Shown here: piece after piece, positions 26,641 to 39,427 of the stretch
How the letters are laid out: each line of letters begins with the position of its first letter
How positions within the stretch are numbered: position 1 is the first letter of the stretch
Source of the DNA: the human T2T-CHM13v2.0 reference genome, Homo sapiens
DNA: 64,000 nt
NCBI RefSeq assembly: GCF_009914755.1
Contig: NC_060933.1
Strand: one strand, 5' to 3'
Position numbers and translations under genes: made by a program
The notes under the pieces: generated by a model
Told to the model about the DNA's origin: nothing
The model's input: the letters and a program-made list of their open reading frames with translations, nothing else
The model's database searches: none

Positions 26641-29600
26641 GTAATAAAATTCAACATCCCTTCATCATAAAAACCCTCAAAAAACTGGGTCTAGAAGGAG
26701 CATACTTCAACATAATAAAAACCATATGTACAAAAAACCCAAAAGCTAGCAACAGCTAGTATACTGAATAGGGAAAAACTGTAAGATTTTTCTCTAAGAT
26801 CTGGAAGACTACAAGGGTGCCCACTTTCACCACTATTATTAAACACAGTACTGGAAGTTCTAACTGAACAATCACACAGGAGAAAGAAATAAAGGGCATC
26901 CAAATTGGAAAGGAAGGAATCAAAGTATCCATGTTTGCAGATGATATAATCTTATATTTGAAAAAAAACTAAAGACTCCACCACATAAATGATAAACAAA
27001 TTCAGTAAAATTGCAGGATACAAAATCAACATACAAAAATCAGTAGCATTTCTATACACCAAAAGTGAACAGTCTGAAAAAGAAATCAGAAAAGTAATCC
27101 CATTTACAATAGCCACAAATAAAATTAAATTCCTAGGAATTAACCAAAGAAGTAAAAGTTCTCTGCAATGAAAACTATGAAACATTGATGCAAGAAATTG
27201 AAGAGGGCACAAAAAAAATTGAAAAGATATTCCATGTTCATGGATCGGAAGAATCAATATTGTTAAAATGTCTATACTACCCAAAGCAATCCACAGATTC
27301 AATGCGATCCCTATAAAAATACCAATGACATTTTTTATAGAAATAGAAAAAAACAATCCTGAAATTTATATGGAACCACAAAAGACCCAGAGGAGCCAAA
27401 GCTATACTAAGTAAAAAGAACAAAACTGGAGGAATCATATTATCTGACTTCAAATTATACTACGGAATAATAGTAACCAAAACAGAATGGTACTAGCATA
27501 AAAACGGACACATACACCAAGCGGACAGAATAGAGAACCCAGAAATAAATTCATTCACCTACAGTAAACTCATTTTTTACAAAGGCGCCAAGAACATGCA
27601 CTGAGGAAAGGACAGTCTCTTCAATAAATGGTGCTGGGAAAACTAAATATCCATATGCAGAAGAATAAAACTAGATTATATCTCTCTCCATATACAAAAA
27701 ATCCAATCAAAATGGATTAAAGACTTAAGTCTAAGACCTCAAACTACAAAACTACTATAAGAAAACATTGGGGAAACTCTCTAGGACACAGAGCTGGGCA
27801 AAGATTTCTTGCGTAATATCCCACAAGCATAGACAACCAAAGCCAGAATGGACGATGGGATCACATCAAATTAAAAAGCTTCTGCACAGCAAGGGAATCA
27901 ACAAAGTAAAGAGAATGAGAGAAAATATTTTCAAAATACCCATCTGACAAGAGATTAATAACCAGAATATATAAGGAGCTCAAACAACTCTATAGGAAAT
28001 AATTTAGTAATCCAATCGAAAGATGGGCAAAATATCTGGATAGACATTTCTCAAAAGAAGACAGACAAATGGCAAACAGGTATATTTAAAGGTGCTCAAC
28101 ATCATGGATCATCAGAGAAATGTAAATCGAAACTACAATGAGATATCATCTCATCTCAGTTGAAATGACTTATGTTCAAAGGCAGGCAATAACAAATGCT
28201 AGTGAGGATGTGAAGAAAAGGGGACTCTAGTACACTGTTGGTGGGAATGTAAATTAGTACAACCACTATGGGAAACATTTAGAAGTTCCTCAAAAAAACT
28301 AAAAATAGAGCTACTGTATGATCCAGCAATCCTACTCTTAGATATATACCCAAAAGAAAAGAAATCAGTATATTGAATAGTTATCTGCACTCCCATGTTT
28401 ATTGCAGCACAATTCACAATAGCCAAGATTTGTAACCAACCTAAGTGCCCATCAACAGACAATGGATAAATAAAATGTGGTACATATACAAAATGGAGTA
28501 CTATTCACCACAAAAAAAGAATGAGATCCTGTCATTTGCAACAACATAGATGGAACTAGAGGTCATTGTGTTAAGTGAAAAAAGCCAGGCAGACAAAGAC
28601 AAACTTCACATGTTCTCACTTATTTGTGGGAGCTAAAAATTAAAACAATTGAACTCATGGAGATAGATGGTAGAAGGATGGTTACCAGAGACTGGGAAGG
28701 GTGGTGGGGGTTTAGTGGGGGAAGTGGGGATGGTTAGTTGGTAAAATAAATAAATATATAATAGTCACAAAGAATGATTAAGACCCAGTATTTGCTAGTA
28801 CAACAGGATGACTAAAGTCAAGAATAATTTAATCATACATTTTAAAATAACTAAAAGAATATAATTAGATTGTTTGTAACACAAAGGATAAATGCTTGAT
28901 GTGATGGATACCCCATTTACTATAATGTGATTATTACACATTGCATGCCTGTATCAAAATATCTCATGTAACCCATAAATACATACACCTACTATGTACC
29001 CCCAAAAAAACTAAAATTTAAAATTGTTTAAAAAGAAATGCTAGTGAGCCATGTAGCAAGAATGAGAAGGTGGGTGGAGGAGTAAGAGACAGAGAGAAGG
29101 AGAGAAGAAAAAAAGGAAGGGTTGGGGGAAGAAGGGAAGAAGGAAATATTGCTTTGAATGTGTTTAATAAAAAGGCTGCATATCAAAAATAATCCTTGAA
29201 AAAAGCAACATGACATAAAATATGAAGTAATAGTAATCTGGACCTAAAGTGCTATATTATGTTTTAGTATCCTAAAATGTAATTAATAAGGTGAGAGATA
29301 GAAAGTAAAAGCATACTAGGTTTCTCAGCTTTTACCTTTTGCCATAAGTGAAATGTTTTAAATTTCCAAAAATTAAGGACTTTCACACAACTAAATGTTA
29401 TATAGTGATTAAAAATATGTACTTCTGGTTAAACATACAGCATAGTAAACCCATTTTCCCTCAGTTCACATTGATTGGACTTAGTTCCCATGCCCACCCT
29501 AGTCCTAACATTTGCAAAGACCACTTTTAAGTCATCCTGGGTTAGGAGTGAGGCCGATCTTTCTTAAGACCAAGATGGCTTTACTAGCCACAAATCATGT

Positions 29601-29669
29601 TTCTGTTTTCAGGATGATAGGCTGGGAGGATTAGCTCTTGGGAAACCAGTAAACTTCCTTCCACCAAAG

Positions 29670-30560
29670 ACCTCCCACCAAAGACAATGAGAAACACACC
29701 TACAGTTGGACCAATTGAGTTTGGTGCTCATGGCAGTGAGGGAGAATGCACATCATGGGGAATCATCTCAGTAAGAAAGTATAAGAAAAGATTTGGGCAT
29801 GGGTTAGGTGACTTTGGGGGCATTAAAGAGAGTTGGACTTTGCTATGAATTGGATACTGTCAGGAAACAGAGACAATTCTAGACTGGGTATCTCTATTAG
29901 TTCATTTTCACCCTGTCAATAAAGACATACCTGAGGCTGGGCAATTTACAAAAGAACAAGGTTTATTGGACTTACAGTTCCATGTGGCTGGGAAGGCCTC
30001 ACAATCACAGCAGAAGGTGAAAGGCACATCTCACATGGCAGCAGACAAGAGAAGAGAACTTGTGCAGGGAAACTCCCATTTTTAAAACCTTCAGATCTCA
30101 TGAGACTTATTTATTATCCCGAGAACAGCACAGGAAAGACCCGCCCTCATGACCCAATTATCTCCCACTGGGTCCCTCCCATAACACGTGGGAATTCTGG
30201 GAGCTACAAGATGAGATTTGGGTGAGGATACAGAGCCAAACCATATCAGTATCCTAATGAATCTTCTCCATAAGTCAAGAGGAACACATAGAGGCTAAAG
30301 CTTTGATAGTCACTCATGTTAGCCAAGAGAGGAGGATGTCTGGTATTTGGGTCATTTGGTTTTGCCTGCGCTTAGACAAAATTTTGAAGTTGTCTTGTCT
30401 CACTTGTTTTTTCTCTCACTCCATTACAGTCAGAGTGCCCTGGTCTGTTGTTGATGTTCTATGAGATCATTTGTGTCCAACAGGCAAACACTATGAACTA
30501 GATGTAAATATCAGGCCAGTTTCCTTACGTCAGGAGCTGTTTTTCTCTTTTTCAGTGGTT
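29670..30560. mobile_element. Probable old LTR hosting the THE1 insertion (family not identified)
   Basis: LTR-like composition on both sides of the THE1 TSD; weak recognition. Confidence 0.4.
29893..30248 (-). mobile_element. THE1 (MaLR) solo LTR
   Basis: TATTAGTTCATTTTCAC...ATAAAGACATACCTGAG...CAGAGCCAAACCATATCA; 5-bp TSD GTATC (29888-29892 / 30249-30253). Confidence 0.92.
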
Positions 30561-33500
30561 TTATTCAGATGATGGAGTTGAGGTGAGAACAAATCCTAAT
30601 GCTGTTAGTTGTACTTAATATTTTTGATACTTCATACACCTAATAAGAGGCACAAACTTGGAAATATTTTCCTCATAACTAATTTTAAAGAAAAAATGTG
30701 TTTCTATCTAAACTAATGAAACAGTTAATTTTCTGTATGCAGGAAATGGTGACCTTTCTCTCACTCTCTCTTCCCCTGGAGAACCTCTAGGGTGTTTCTG
30801 TTTACAATAAATACGTAGGGCTTTATTTATTTACTTGGTCTTCTCTAACACTCACAAACATTGATTTATAGCAGTGACCTTATTTAAACAGCAAAACCAA
30901 AAAATAATAATAATAATAAGCTTCTCCAAATGAGCATTTCTAAGCCAAGTTTCTTGCCAGAGGGAATTTTTTCCCTTTCAGTTATAATTCTCTCCAAACA
31001 AGGTACTGTGGGGGGAAGTCTAAGAAACAGTGTGACCCAGCTCACTGTGGCTTTATTCCAAGCTTCAGTTCCAACCGGGGCTGAGCCACACGATGCAGAG
31101 ATCAAGAAAAACAAAGGTTCCAGTTCCACTGGAGATGGTAGCTTCTGGGTCTCAGTGATCAACAAAGAGAACAGAGTGCTTTGTGGAAACAGAAATTGAG
31201 GCTTTTGCCATCCCCAGCTTACTTTCCAAGTGCTGCTGTTCTGCACTTGCTCGCCATTTTAACCACCTTTTTTTTAATGTTACAACAGTAAGATATAAAG
31301 TGTATTTACAAAGCAATCTGTTTATTTAAAAATACATGATATACACCAAATTGCTGAGAGGACATTATTGGTCAATTGAAATGGATACTTTTTATCTTTT
31401 TCTATATCTCTATAATCAGCATATGTTACTTCCACAATAAGAGAAAAACAAACCCTAAATAGGTCATAATAGAGTTAAGAAAGCAGACTGCATCATACCA
31501 CCAAATTGAAAACCTAATCTGTCCTTATCTTCTTAAATAAACTCCCTTTTTCACTCTCTCAGCTCAAGGAATCCAAAACAAGAAGAATAAACCGGCAATA
31601 ATTAAGTCAATTGGGCAAATAAGCCAAAAAAGTCACTTATTTGGAAATTATCTCATATAATTTCATGAATGAGTTGGATACAGAAGACAGCGAAAGACTC
31701 AAGTCAGACTACTGTGCCTCCAGGAAAGGGGGCAAAGCTGTGCCATCCCTTCCAAAAGCAGAGAGACAGACAAAGGCAAAGCCTGCAGGTCTGTGAACAT
31801 GCCCATGTAGTATGAGCGCTGAATGGGCTGGAGAATCCATTCTGCAGTTTTCCATTCCTCTCCCATAACCCACTGCCTAGATCATCGCAGGCCTCTTCTC
31901 CGATTCATGGTCAGTTAGTCAGAGCAGCCCTTCCTTCTGGTATCTAAAACATGATTCCATGACAGAGTTTCCAGGAAAAATTTCACAAGTGGCCAGCTCC
32001 TGCCTTGTTTCTCTGATTTTGCTTTCCACAGGCCCTTCCAGGTGGACTATCTGATGACATTTACAGCCCCAGGCCCAAGGTAGCAGGGGCAGGAAGTACA
32101 GCAGCAGCCTCAGATTTCAAGAAGGTGGTACCTGGACCTGATCCTATTGCTTATGGACTTGGGATCTGCCCTGGGCCCACTGGTAGACCCCTTGGCACAG
32201 CTCCCCTTTCTTCCCTTGCTCCACCCCCTGCCCTGAAGGATTGATCCAGACTCTCGGACATGACTTCTGCCTTGGTTTTCCTGCATTACACTCCCGTATC
32301 CCCTAGTAATTCCCTAAGCCCAAGGATGCCTAATTAGGGCACAAAGATTATGCTAGTCTCCTCTTGTGGGAGACTAACTCCTCTTTCCTCTCCCTGCCCC
32401 TAGCTGGAGACTCAGTTTAAATTGAACTCTCTTTACCCTTTCCAAAGTCAAGCCTTTCACACTGATTTTGACCTGAACTAGAGGTCTCCAACCCTCTATT
32501 CTTCTGAATATTCTGCACGGATTGGGAAACTAAAAATCAGACCCACAGCCTCCACACTACAAACCAATGATATGATGCAATTATGTTGCCATTAAAGGAG
32601 GGTACAGAGTACATGAAATAAAAAGGAAAGTGGTTTGCTGTGACTGATTTCTACTCAATGTTGGTCCTGTTGATGGTCCTGCATAAATAGGGGGCACATA
32701 CACAGGAAATAAGATGCCTGCCTGGAAAATACTCACATGTCAATTGTATGAAAAATCAGCTGCCCGTAACAGTCACATTATAAGTATCATTATATATGTT
32801 AAAGTTCAAAATATGTGGACCCTTCTATTTCGGAGATGCTCACATCCTCTGCTGCATGGTAAATCACTGTTCCATGGAGCTTGCAATTCCTCTCCCTTTT
32901 CCTCTTTCCAGGATCATTTTGAGGGTTATGCATTTGCCCTTCAGCAGTGATGAATGGAGTGTTGTGCTAATGCTGGACTCTACCATTATTCATGTCCCCA
33001 TCCTCTGTCCAGGCCGTTAATTGCAGCATCCTGGAAGTGGAAGCAAAAACTGTATTACAGAGGAAACTTTCATCTTCCTGATTATAATACCTGGCAAAAG
33101 GCAGGCTTTTCTATTAATCTCAGATACCTTCCACCGGAGAGGCATCCATTCACTCACTGTACATACACAGGGCCCACATCCAGGCATCATCACACAGAAA
33201 CAGAATATGTGGCTCATGGGATCTATAACTTCGGTCTGAAGAAGCTGAGCTGATAATCATATCACTCCACTGCCACATCCTTAATCAGCCTATTATGGGC
33301 ATAAATTAAGAGTTTTAGTGAAGAAAATCTGTGTCCCAGAATTCCTGATTGCCAGGACCCAGATGAGCTCTGCTGAATATAAAGTATTCCACCATATTCT
33401 AGCTCTCTCATCGCAGCCTATTATAATCCAATTCATGCTTATTCAAAAATGCCCTGAATTTGTCAGAGCCATCTCTTCCCTCCCGCTTTAGCTCTGAAAG

Positions 33501-34616
33501 CAACACTCAAAAGAGGGTATTCGGTTACACAAATTATATCTAGAGGATATTGACCAAAGATTTATTGTTCAATATGTGTAATTAGAATGATTTTTGTCAC
33601 AATTAATCAAGAGGCAGAACAAGTGACAAGTCCATCAGAGTGCAACAAAAGCATCAATTTGGGTTACAAGACAATCCATAGTTGATCATGGCTTCTATTA
33701 AGTCTTAGAGCTACAAAGGTTCTAACTTTGCCATCTGCTACTTCATCAAATGGTTTATAGGAAAGCTTCTAACCTAGAGAAAAACCAATGCAGCTGTGGG
33801 CTGCTTGCTTCTATCTTTTTAAATTAAGACTTTTCAAAAAAGTGTATGGCCCAATTCAAGCTGCAAGAAAAAGGTAAATGATTTTATGTAGTATAGTGCC
33901 CACAAACCCTGGAATTTATAATTGTAAAAGCTCAACCACAATGTATTTAGAATTGACGGCATAGTAGGCACTGTCCTAGCCACTGGGGATATCTAGATAA
34001 AGGAAATATTATAGAACTTGGCCCACTAGCCAATCAGGACATCTTCCCAACTGCTCTCTTTCCAGATAGAGTCAGCAAATCTCCCTCCCAGTTATCAACA
34101 CTGAAGGGCACTATCCAATATCTGTATAGCTATGGAGTCACTATTAGAGGAGGATAAAATCAGGGTCGTCTCTCCCTTACCTGCCCTGACTCTCCCGGGA
34201 CCCCCACCTCGTCTTCTGAGTTCACAACGGAGTTCTCTCTAGCCCAAAACCAACTCTTATAACACAGAGAGAAGAGAGTCACAGGTTTGTCCCTAGATGA
34301 TAACACAGACTAATGCCCCTAAACAGACAACTTCAAGGTTTTTTTAAGTGGCTTAGCTTTTATTTACTAAGTCAGTAAAAAGTCTTTGTAGGTCTAAGAC
34401 TGAAAAGAAAGCATAATCAACTACAGCTTCAACTGATTCATTTTTAAAGGAGAGTCAGGGTCATAAAGCAAACAGAATTACTCATCGATAGTGCCAGGAA
34501 CTGACCTGTTTCTGATAACTGGCCCCCTTTTTTGAGAGGTGACTGTATCTGTTTCTTAATACCTGGGGCAAAGTCAGTTACACACCTTGTGATGACAGAC
34601 AAAAAGAGGCAGCCAG

Positions 34617-35106
34617 GACAGAAAGACAAACTTCGCATGTTCTCACTCATTTGTGGGAGCTAAAAATTAAAACAGTTGAATTCATGGAGGTAGAGAGCAG
34701 AATGATGGTTACCAGAGGCTGGGAGGGTAGCTGGTAGAGGGTAGGGGGACAGTGAGGATGGTTAATGGGTACAAAAATGTAGTTAGATAGAATGAATAAG
34801 ATCTAGTATTTCACAGCACAACAGGATGACTACAATCAACAATAACTTATTGTACATTTTAAAATAACTAAGCATATAACTGGATTGTTTGTAACACAAA
34901 GAAATAAATTCTTGACATAATGAATACTTCATTTACCCTGGTGTGATTATTACACATTTTGTGCCCGTATCAAACTAGCTCATGTACCCCATAAGTATAT
35001 ACATCTACTATGTACCCATAAAAATTAGAAATAAAAAAGTTTAAAGTTTAAAAACTAACAAAAAAGTTAAAATTAAATAAAAGCTTATTGAATAAGATAT
35101 AAAGGG
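34617..35106 (+). mobile_element. 5'-truncated L1MA1-3 3'UTR insertion
   Basis: Homologous to 28590-29030; TSD-like AAAAA(G)AGGCAGCCAG at 34601-34616 and 35107-35121. Confidence 0.88.
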
Positions 35107-35269
35107 AAAAAAGGCAGCCAGAATGAGATCCCAATTGGTGGAAAGGGCAATGAACTTTAAACAGTGGTTCCCTATTCTATTCTGCAGTCTTCTTTATGGA
35201 AGCCGTATACATGTGTGCATGAAGACAGAGAGAGACCAACAGGAAAGAGAAAGTTAAAACAAGCTTTTA

Positions 35270-35990
35270 GAGAGTATTTCCCATGAGCATCTCATAGTCT
35301 AGTCAGGGAGATGGACAAGTAAGTTTGCAAGAATTGCAAAACAGTGTTTTACACTTCACAATGGAAGTGTCCTGGAGATACCAAGCAGGGAATGGTAAAC
35401 ACTGTTAGATGAAGGCAGAGAAGGCTTCATGAAAGAGGTGATGACTTTTGAAGGATGAGTAGGAAATTCTAGGTGCATTAGGGGATTAAGGGCAATTCAA
35501 ACTGCATACACTGCACCTGCTTCACTTTGGTGAGTGGCTCTCAAATTTAGCATGCATCAAAGTCACTTGGAGAGTTTATTAAAGCACAGATTACTGGGCC
35601 TCATCCCCAGAGTTTCATATTGAATAGGTCTGAAGTGGGCCCACAAATCTGATTTTCTAAAAAGTTGGCAGGTGATGTTGAAGCTGAGAACTGCTGGCTT
35701 AGGTGCACTGTGAGGAAAAATTAGTGGAGAAAGATACTCTGAGAAATAGGCAGGGCTGATTATAAGGGAAATATAGACACTGTAATCTGGACAGTGGGAC
35801 CCATTGACAGGTTCTAAGCAGTAGAGTGCAATAATCACATGTGAGTTATAAGAGGGCAACTCTGATGGAAGTGTGGAGGGAAAGGGTGGTTATAACACAG
35901 TACCAGTCAGCCAGTCAGGAAATGATGAAGTCATAACAAAGGCCCAGGGGGAGCAGTAGAAATATAGAGGATGGATCTAAGATTACTTAT
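35270..35990 (-). mobile_element. L2 remnant interrupted by MER5A
   Basis: L2-like segments CTCATAGTCTAG...GGAGATGGACAAG and GAAGGCTTCATGAAAGAGGTGA...GAAGGATGAGTAGGA. Confidence 0.6.
35533..35700. mobile_element. MER5A hAT-Charlie MITE
   Basis: TCTCAAATTTAGCATGCATCAAAGTCACTTGGAG...GGTCTGAAGTGGGCCC...GAGAACTGCTG. Confidence 0.8.
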
Positions 35991-36567
35991 GCAAAAACAA
36001 AAACAAAACCCAGTCTCTTGAGCTATGTTCTAAAAGGAGGACAGTAAATCAGCTGTTTCCCTTGCCTCTAGAAACTGTTATTTGTTCTCTTGCCTTATTA
36101 AAATAAATATGCATGATATACTTCTGGGAAAGGGCACAGATTTTAGTAATGTTTACTTAACAACCATCATTTGTTCATTCTTTTTTCCAAGGAAAAGGGA
36201 AATACCCTTATTTGGTGAAGCAAGCGTGTCCCCATGGGTTTTCCATATGCATCTCTGTTGCCCACGAAGCGCTGGACTAAGCATGCCTGGGAAAAGAAAG
36301 GGGTAGGTTGGGGGAAGCCTGCGTATTCATAGCTCTAGGAGAAGCAGACCAGGAAGGCCGGAGTAGCATAGGGAAGGGATATAGAGAGGGCGAGAGGAAG
36401 GGCAGAAGCAACAAAAGCTGTGCACCTGCAAGGATGGAATAAGGATTTCTAGGAAGCCCTAGAAACAGCTGGTAGGTGATTGAATTTCCTGCAGCAATAT
36501 TCTAGATGAGGGGCATTTACAAGATCAGCAATAATGTTCATAAAAACTAACATTTATTGATGCTTCC

Positions 36568-36990
36568 TATTTTAGCCTGGGTTCCTCAAAAGCAGAGCCT
36601 GAGACAAAGGCTCACATGGTGATGACTTATTTGAGAATGGAACCTGAGGGAGCAGGAATGCAGAACAGGGAAGTAGTTTAGCAAAGCAGGGAAAGGCAGG
36701 ACCTTATGAGACACTTCTCAGAATCATCCATCCAGGAAAGAAAGGGGATAGGGTTCATCCATTGGTTGCCTTCACCACTGGTCACGGGCTGCCCAGAAAG
36801 ATATTAAATCTCTTGCATTTCTGAGTTGCACACACAGGAGTGCCCACTGCAGGTGTCAGAACATCCCTGAGAAGAAAGTGAGAATGTTAGGGAGCTGTCA
36901 GGTTGCATCTGTATGAAGCAGGCCAGGCCTGTATGGAACAGGTGATACCATGTTGCACCAGAGTTGAGGCCGCCGCAAGAATGTGTGATG
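36568..36990. mobile_element. ERVL-class LTR (LTR33/LTR16-like) inserted in a MIR
   Basis: TTAGCCTGGGTTCCTCAAAAGCAGAGCCTGAGACAAAGG start; MIR-like sequence at 36530-36565 and 37010-37225. Confidence 0.6.
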
Positions 36991-37009
36991 GTACATGAGG
37001 TGTCCGGTG

Positions 37010-37225
37010 CACTTGCTGTGGGCCAGCTCCTAGGCTAAGGGTTTTACATACATTATTCCACATAATCCATACAACAGCCCTACAAAGCAGATGTTGCTCT
37101 CCCCACCCTGCAGAAGAGGAAATGAGGGTTACAGGACCAAAATGAGACAGCTTGGAAGTGGCAGGGTGAAAACTTAAATCCACTTCTTTCTGGACTCAAA
37201 GCCTGTGCTTAACATAATATTAAAC
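37010..37225 (-). mobile_element. MIR
   Basis: ATAATCCATACAACAGCCCTA...CAGAAGAGGAAATGAGG...CTGGACTCAAAGCCTGTGCT. Confidence 0.75.
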
Positions 37226-37382
37226 TGTACTCAAGACAAGAATCTAGATAATAATTCAGAAAGTCTTTTTAGGAAGCCATATCAACAGACTTTAAGTGCC
37301 TATTAATTTTATTTCTATGCTGGAAATCTAACTTAAGGAAATAATCAGAAATGCACATAAATATTGATGTTTATTACAGTCT

Positions 37383-37498
37383 TCTTTTTAGGAGCCAGGA
37401 TCTCACTAGGTTGCCCAGGCTCACCTCAAATTCCAGGTTCAAATAATCCTCTCAGCGATAGTCAGAATTATAGATGTGCACCTCTACACCCAGACTCC
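37383..37498 (-). mobile_element. Alu monomer (FLAM-like)
   Basis: GATCTCACTAGGTTGCCCAGGCT...CAAATTCC...TTCAAATAATCCT; single arm only. Confidence 0.7.
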
Positions 37499-37516
37499 AG
37501 TCTTTTTAATAATGAA

Positions 37517-37563
37517 TTAGATAGATAGATGACAGATGATAGATGATTGATAGATTGATAGAT

Positions 37564-37598
<35 letters not shown>

Positions 37599-37611
37599 GG
37601 ATAAGATAGAT
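37517..37611. repeat. Compound (GATA)n tetranucleotide STR
   Basis: TAGA/GATA units with GATGA interruptions. Confidence 0.95.
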
Positions 37612-38372
37612 GTGTGTGGGCACATATACATATATAATGGAATATTGTGCAATTATTTTAAATGGTTATAATTACAAATATAATAATATAGATAAGTACT
37701 TGTGACATGAGGTTAAGAAAAAATATAGCCTACAGAATATACAGTATGATCTCACATAGAAAAAAATGACTGAAAGAAAAAGTTAGAAATGTTTAGGTGG
37801 TGGCAAGATAATCATAATATTTTAAATTTTTTTCTTTATATTTCTCAATATTGTCTAAATTTTCTACAAAAATATGTATTACTTTTATAATTAGAGACAT
37901 TTGTTATTTTATTTTAATGGGCAGTGGGGTGCAGTGACTGTTACTCACCAGGGCTCCTCACTGGTTCCCTAGGATACCTTTCAGCTGGGTTGAATGGTCT
38001 GTCCCCTGCACCCATCACTGCAGTCACTGCTGTCACTGATAAAGAGTCCTTTGCAGCTGAGAGAGGGCTTCATGATACTTCACAAAAAAAGTCTTTTTCA
38101 AAACACTCTGCTTGGAGCCTGGAACTGTTTCTCTACTTCTGGGCACCACAGACATCTCTGCTACCCCACGTTGAGCATGACCCCAGTCTGGCCACTACTC
38201 TTTGTGTCCAAGGGAGGGCTAATAGTACTGGAATGCTTGTGCTTGAGAAGATCTTAACTGGTGGCAGCCCCCTCAGCTCTGGCTTGTCAACATGAGCTTT
38301 CTGTCCTATCTGTCCTAGGCGAGACTGAAACTTTTTCTCCTGACTTCCCTGACTTCCCAGGAGTCTGTCTAG

Positions 38373-38825
<453 letters not shown>

Positions 38826-39427
38826 TAGAGATGGAGTGTCTCTCTTGGTATATCTCTCTCATACGTGCTGTGTGACCATCTGCACCATCATTTTATCTTT
38901 GAAGACTACTCGCCTCCTGGGAATAATTCCTGGAGACCTAATACTAGAACACTGCCATACTTGGTCAGAATTGTCATGGCCCAGTGCTTGACAGTGACAT
39001 TTCAAAAAGCCACATGGTCCCCTTTTGTCCTTAAATAAACAGTCTGCAGTATTTCCGGGAAAACAGTGTTGCTTGGAACAATGTCCAATAGAGGGGAAAC
39101 AAGGCTGTAAATTCTGGCTATAACCTAAAGTACATTTGCAGTTCTATCTCACTGCATTATCAGGCATCAAAAGATACTTTGACAAGGGAGTGAAGTGGAG
39201 GAAACCTTGCAATCAATGGCTGTTGGTAGCTGCATAGCATATTTTAAACAGAATTCCTATGTTTAGAAAATTTCATACACTATTAGACCTCCTCCTTCCC
39301 AAAGGAGATATGAGACTGAACTATCATTTGCAGTGATATACTGCTAAATATTTCACAATCACCTTTCCCGGGGAAGAAAAAAGCCCTAGTTTGGAAATTG
39401 CATTTTCCAGTTTCCGTGGTGTAAATA

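Larger units (their letters stand above)
24300..29030 (+). mobile_element. L1MA1-3-type LINE-1 with 5'UTR, ORF1, a large internal deletion, distal ORF2 and 3'UTR
   Basis: L1M-type 5'UTR (AAAATGGCTGAA...), ORF1 at ~25350-26175, ORF2 RT/C-terminus at 26230-28600, 3'UTR ending ACCTACTATGTACCC plus an A-rich tail. Confidence 0.88.

Noticed and set aside
28690-28735. G-quadruplex-like tract
   Set aside because: The ordinary G-rich segment of the L1 3'UTR.
30884-31246. Overlapping 120-aa and 89-aa ORFs in unique sequence
   Set aside because: No recognisable homology or convincing exon boundaries; lengths expected by chance.
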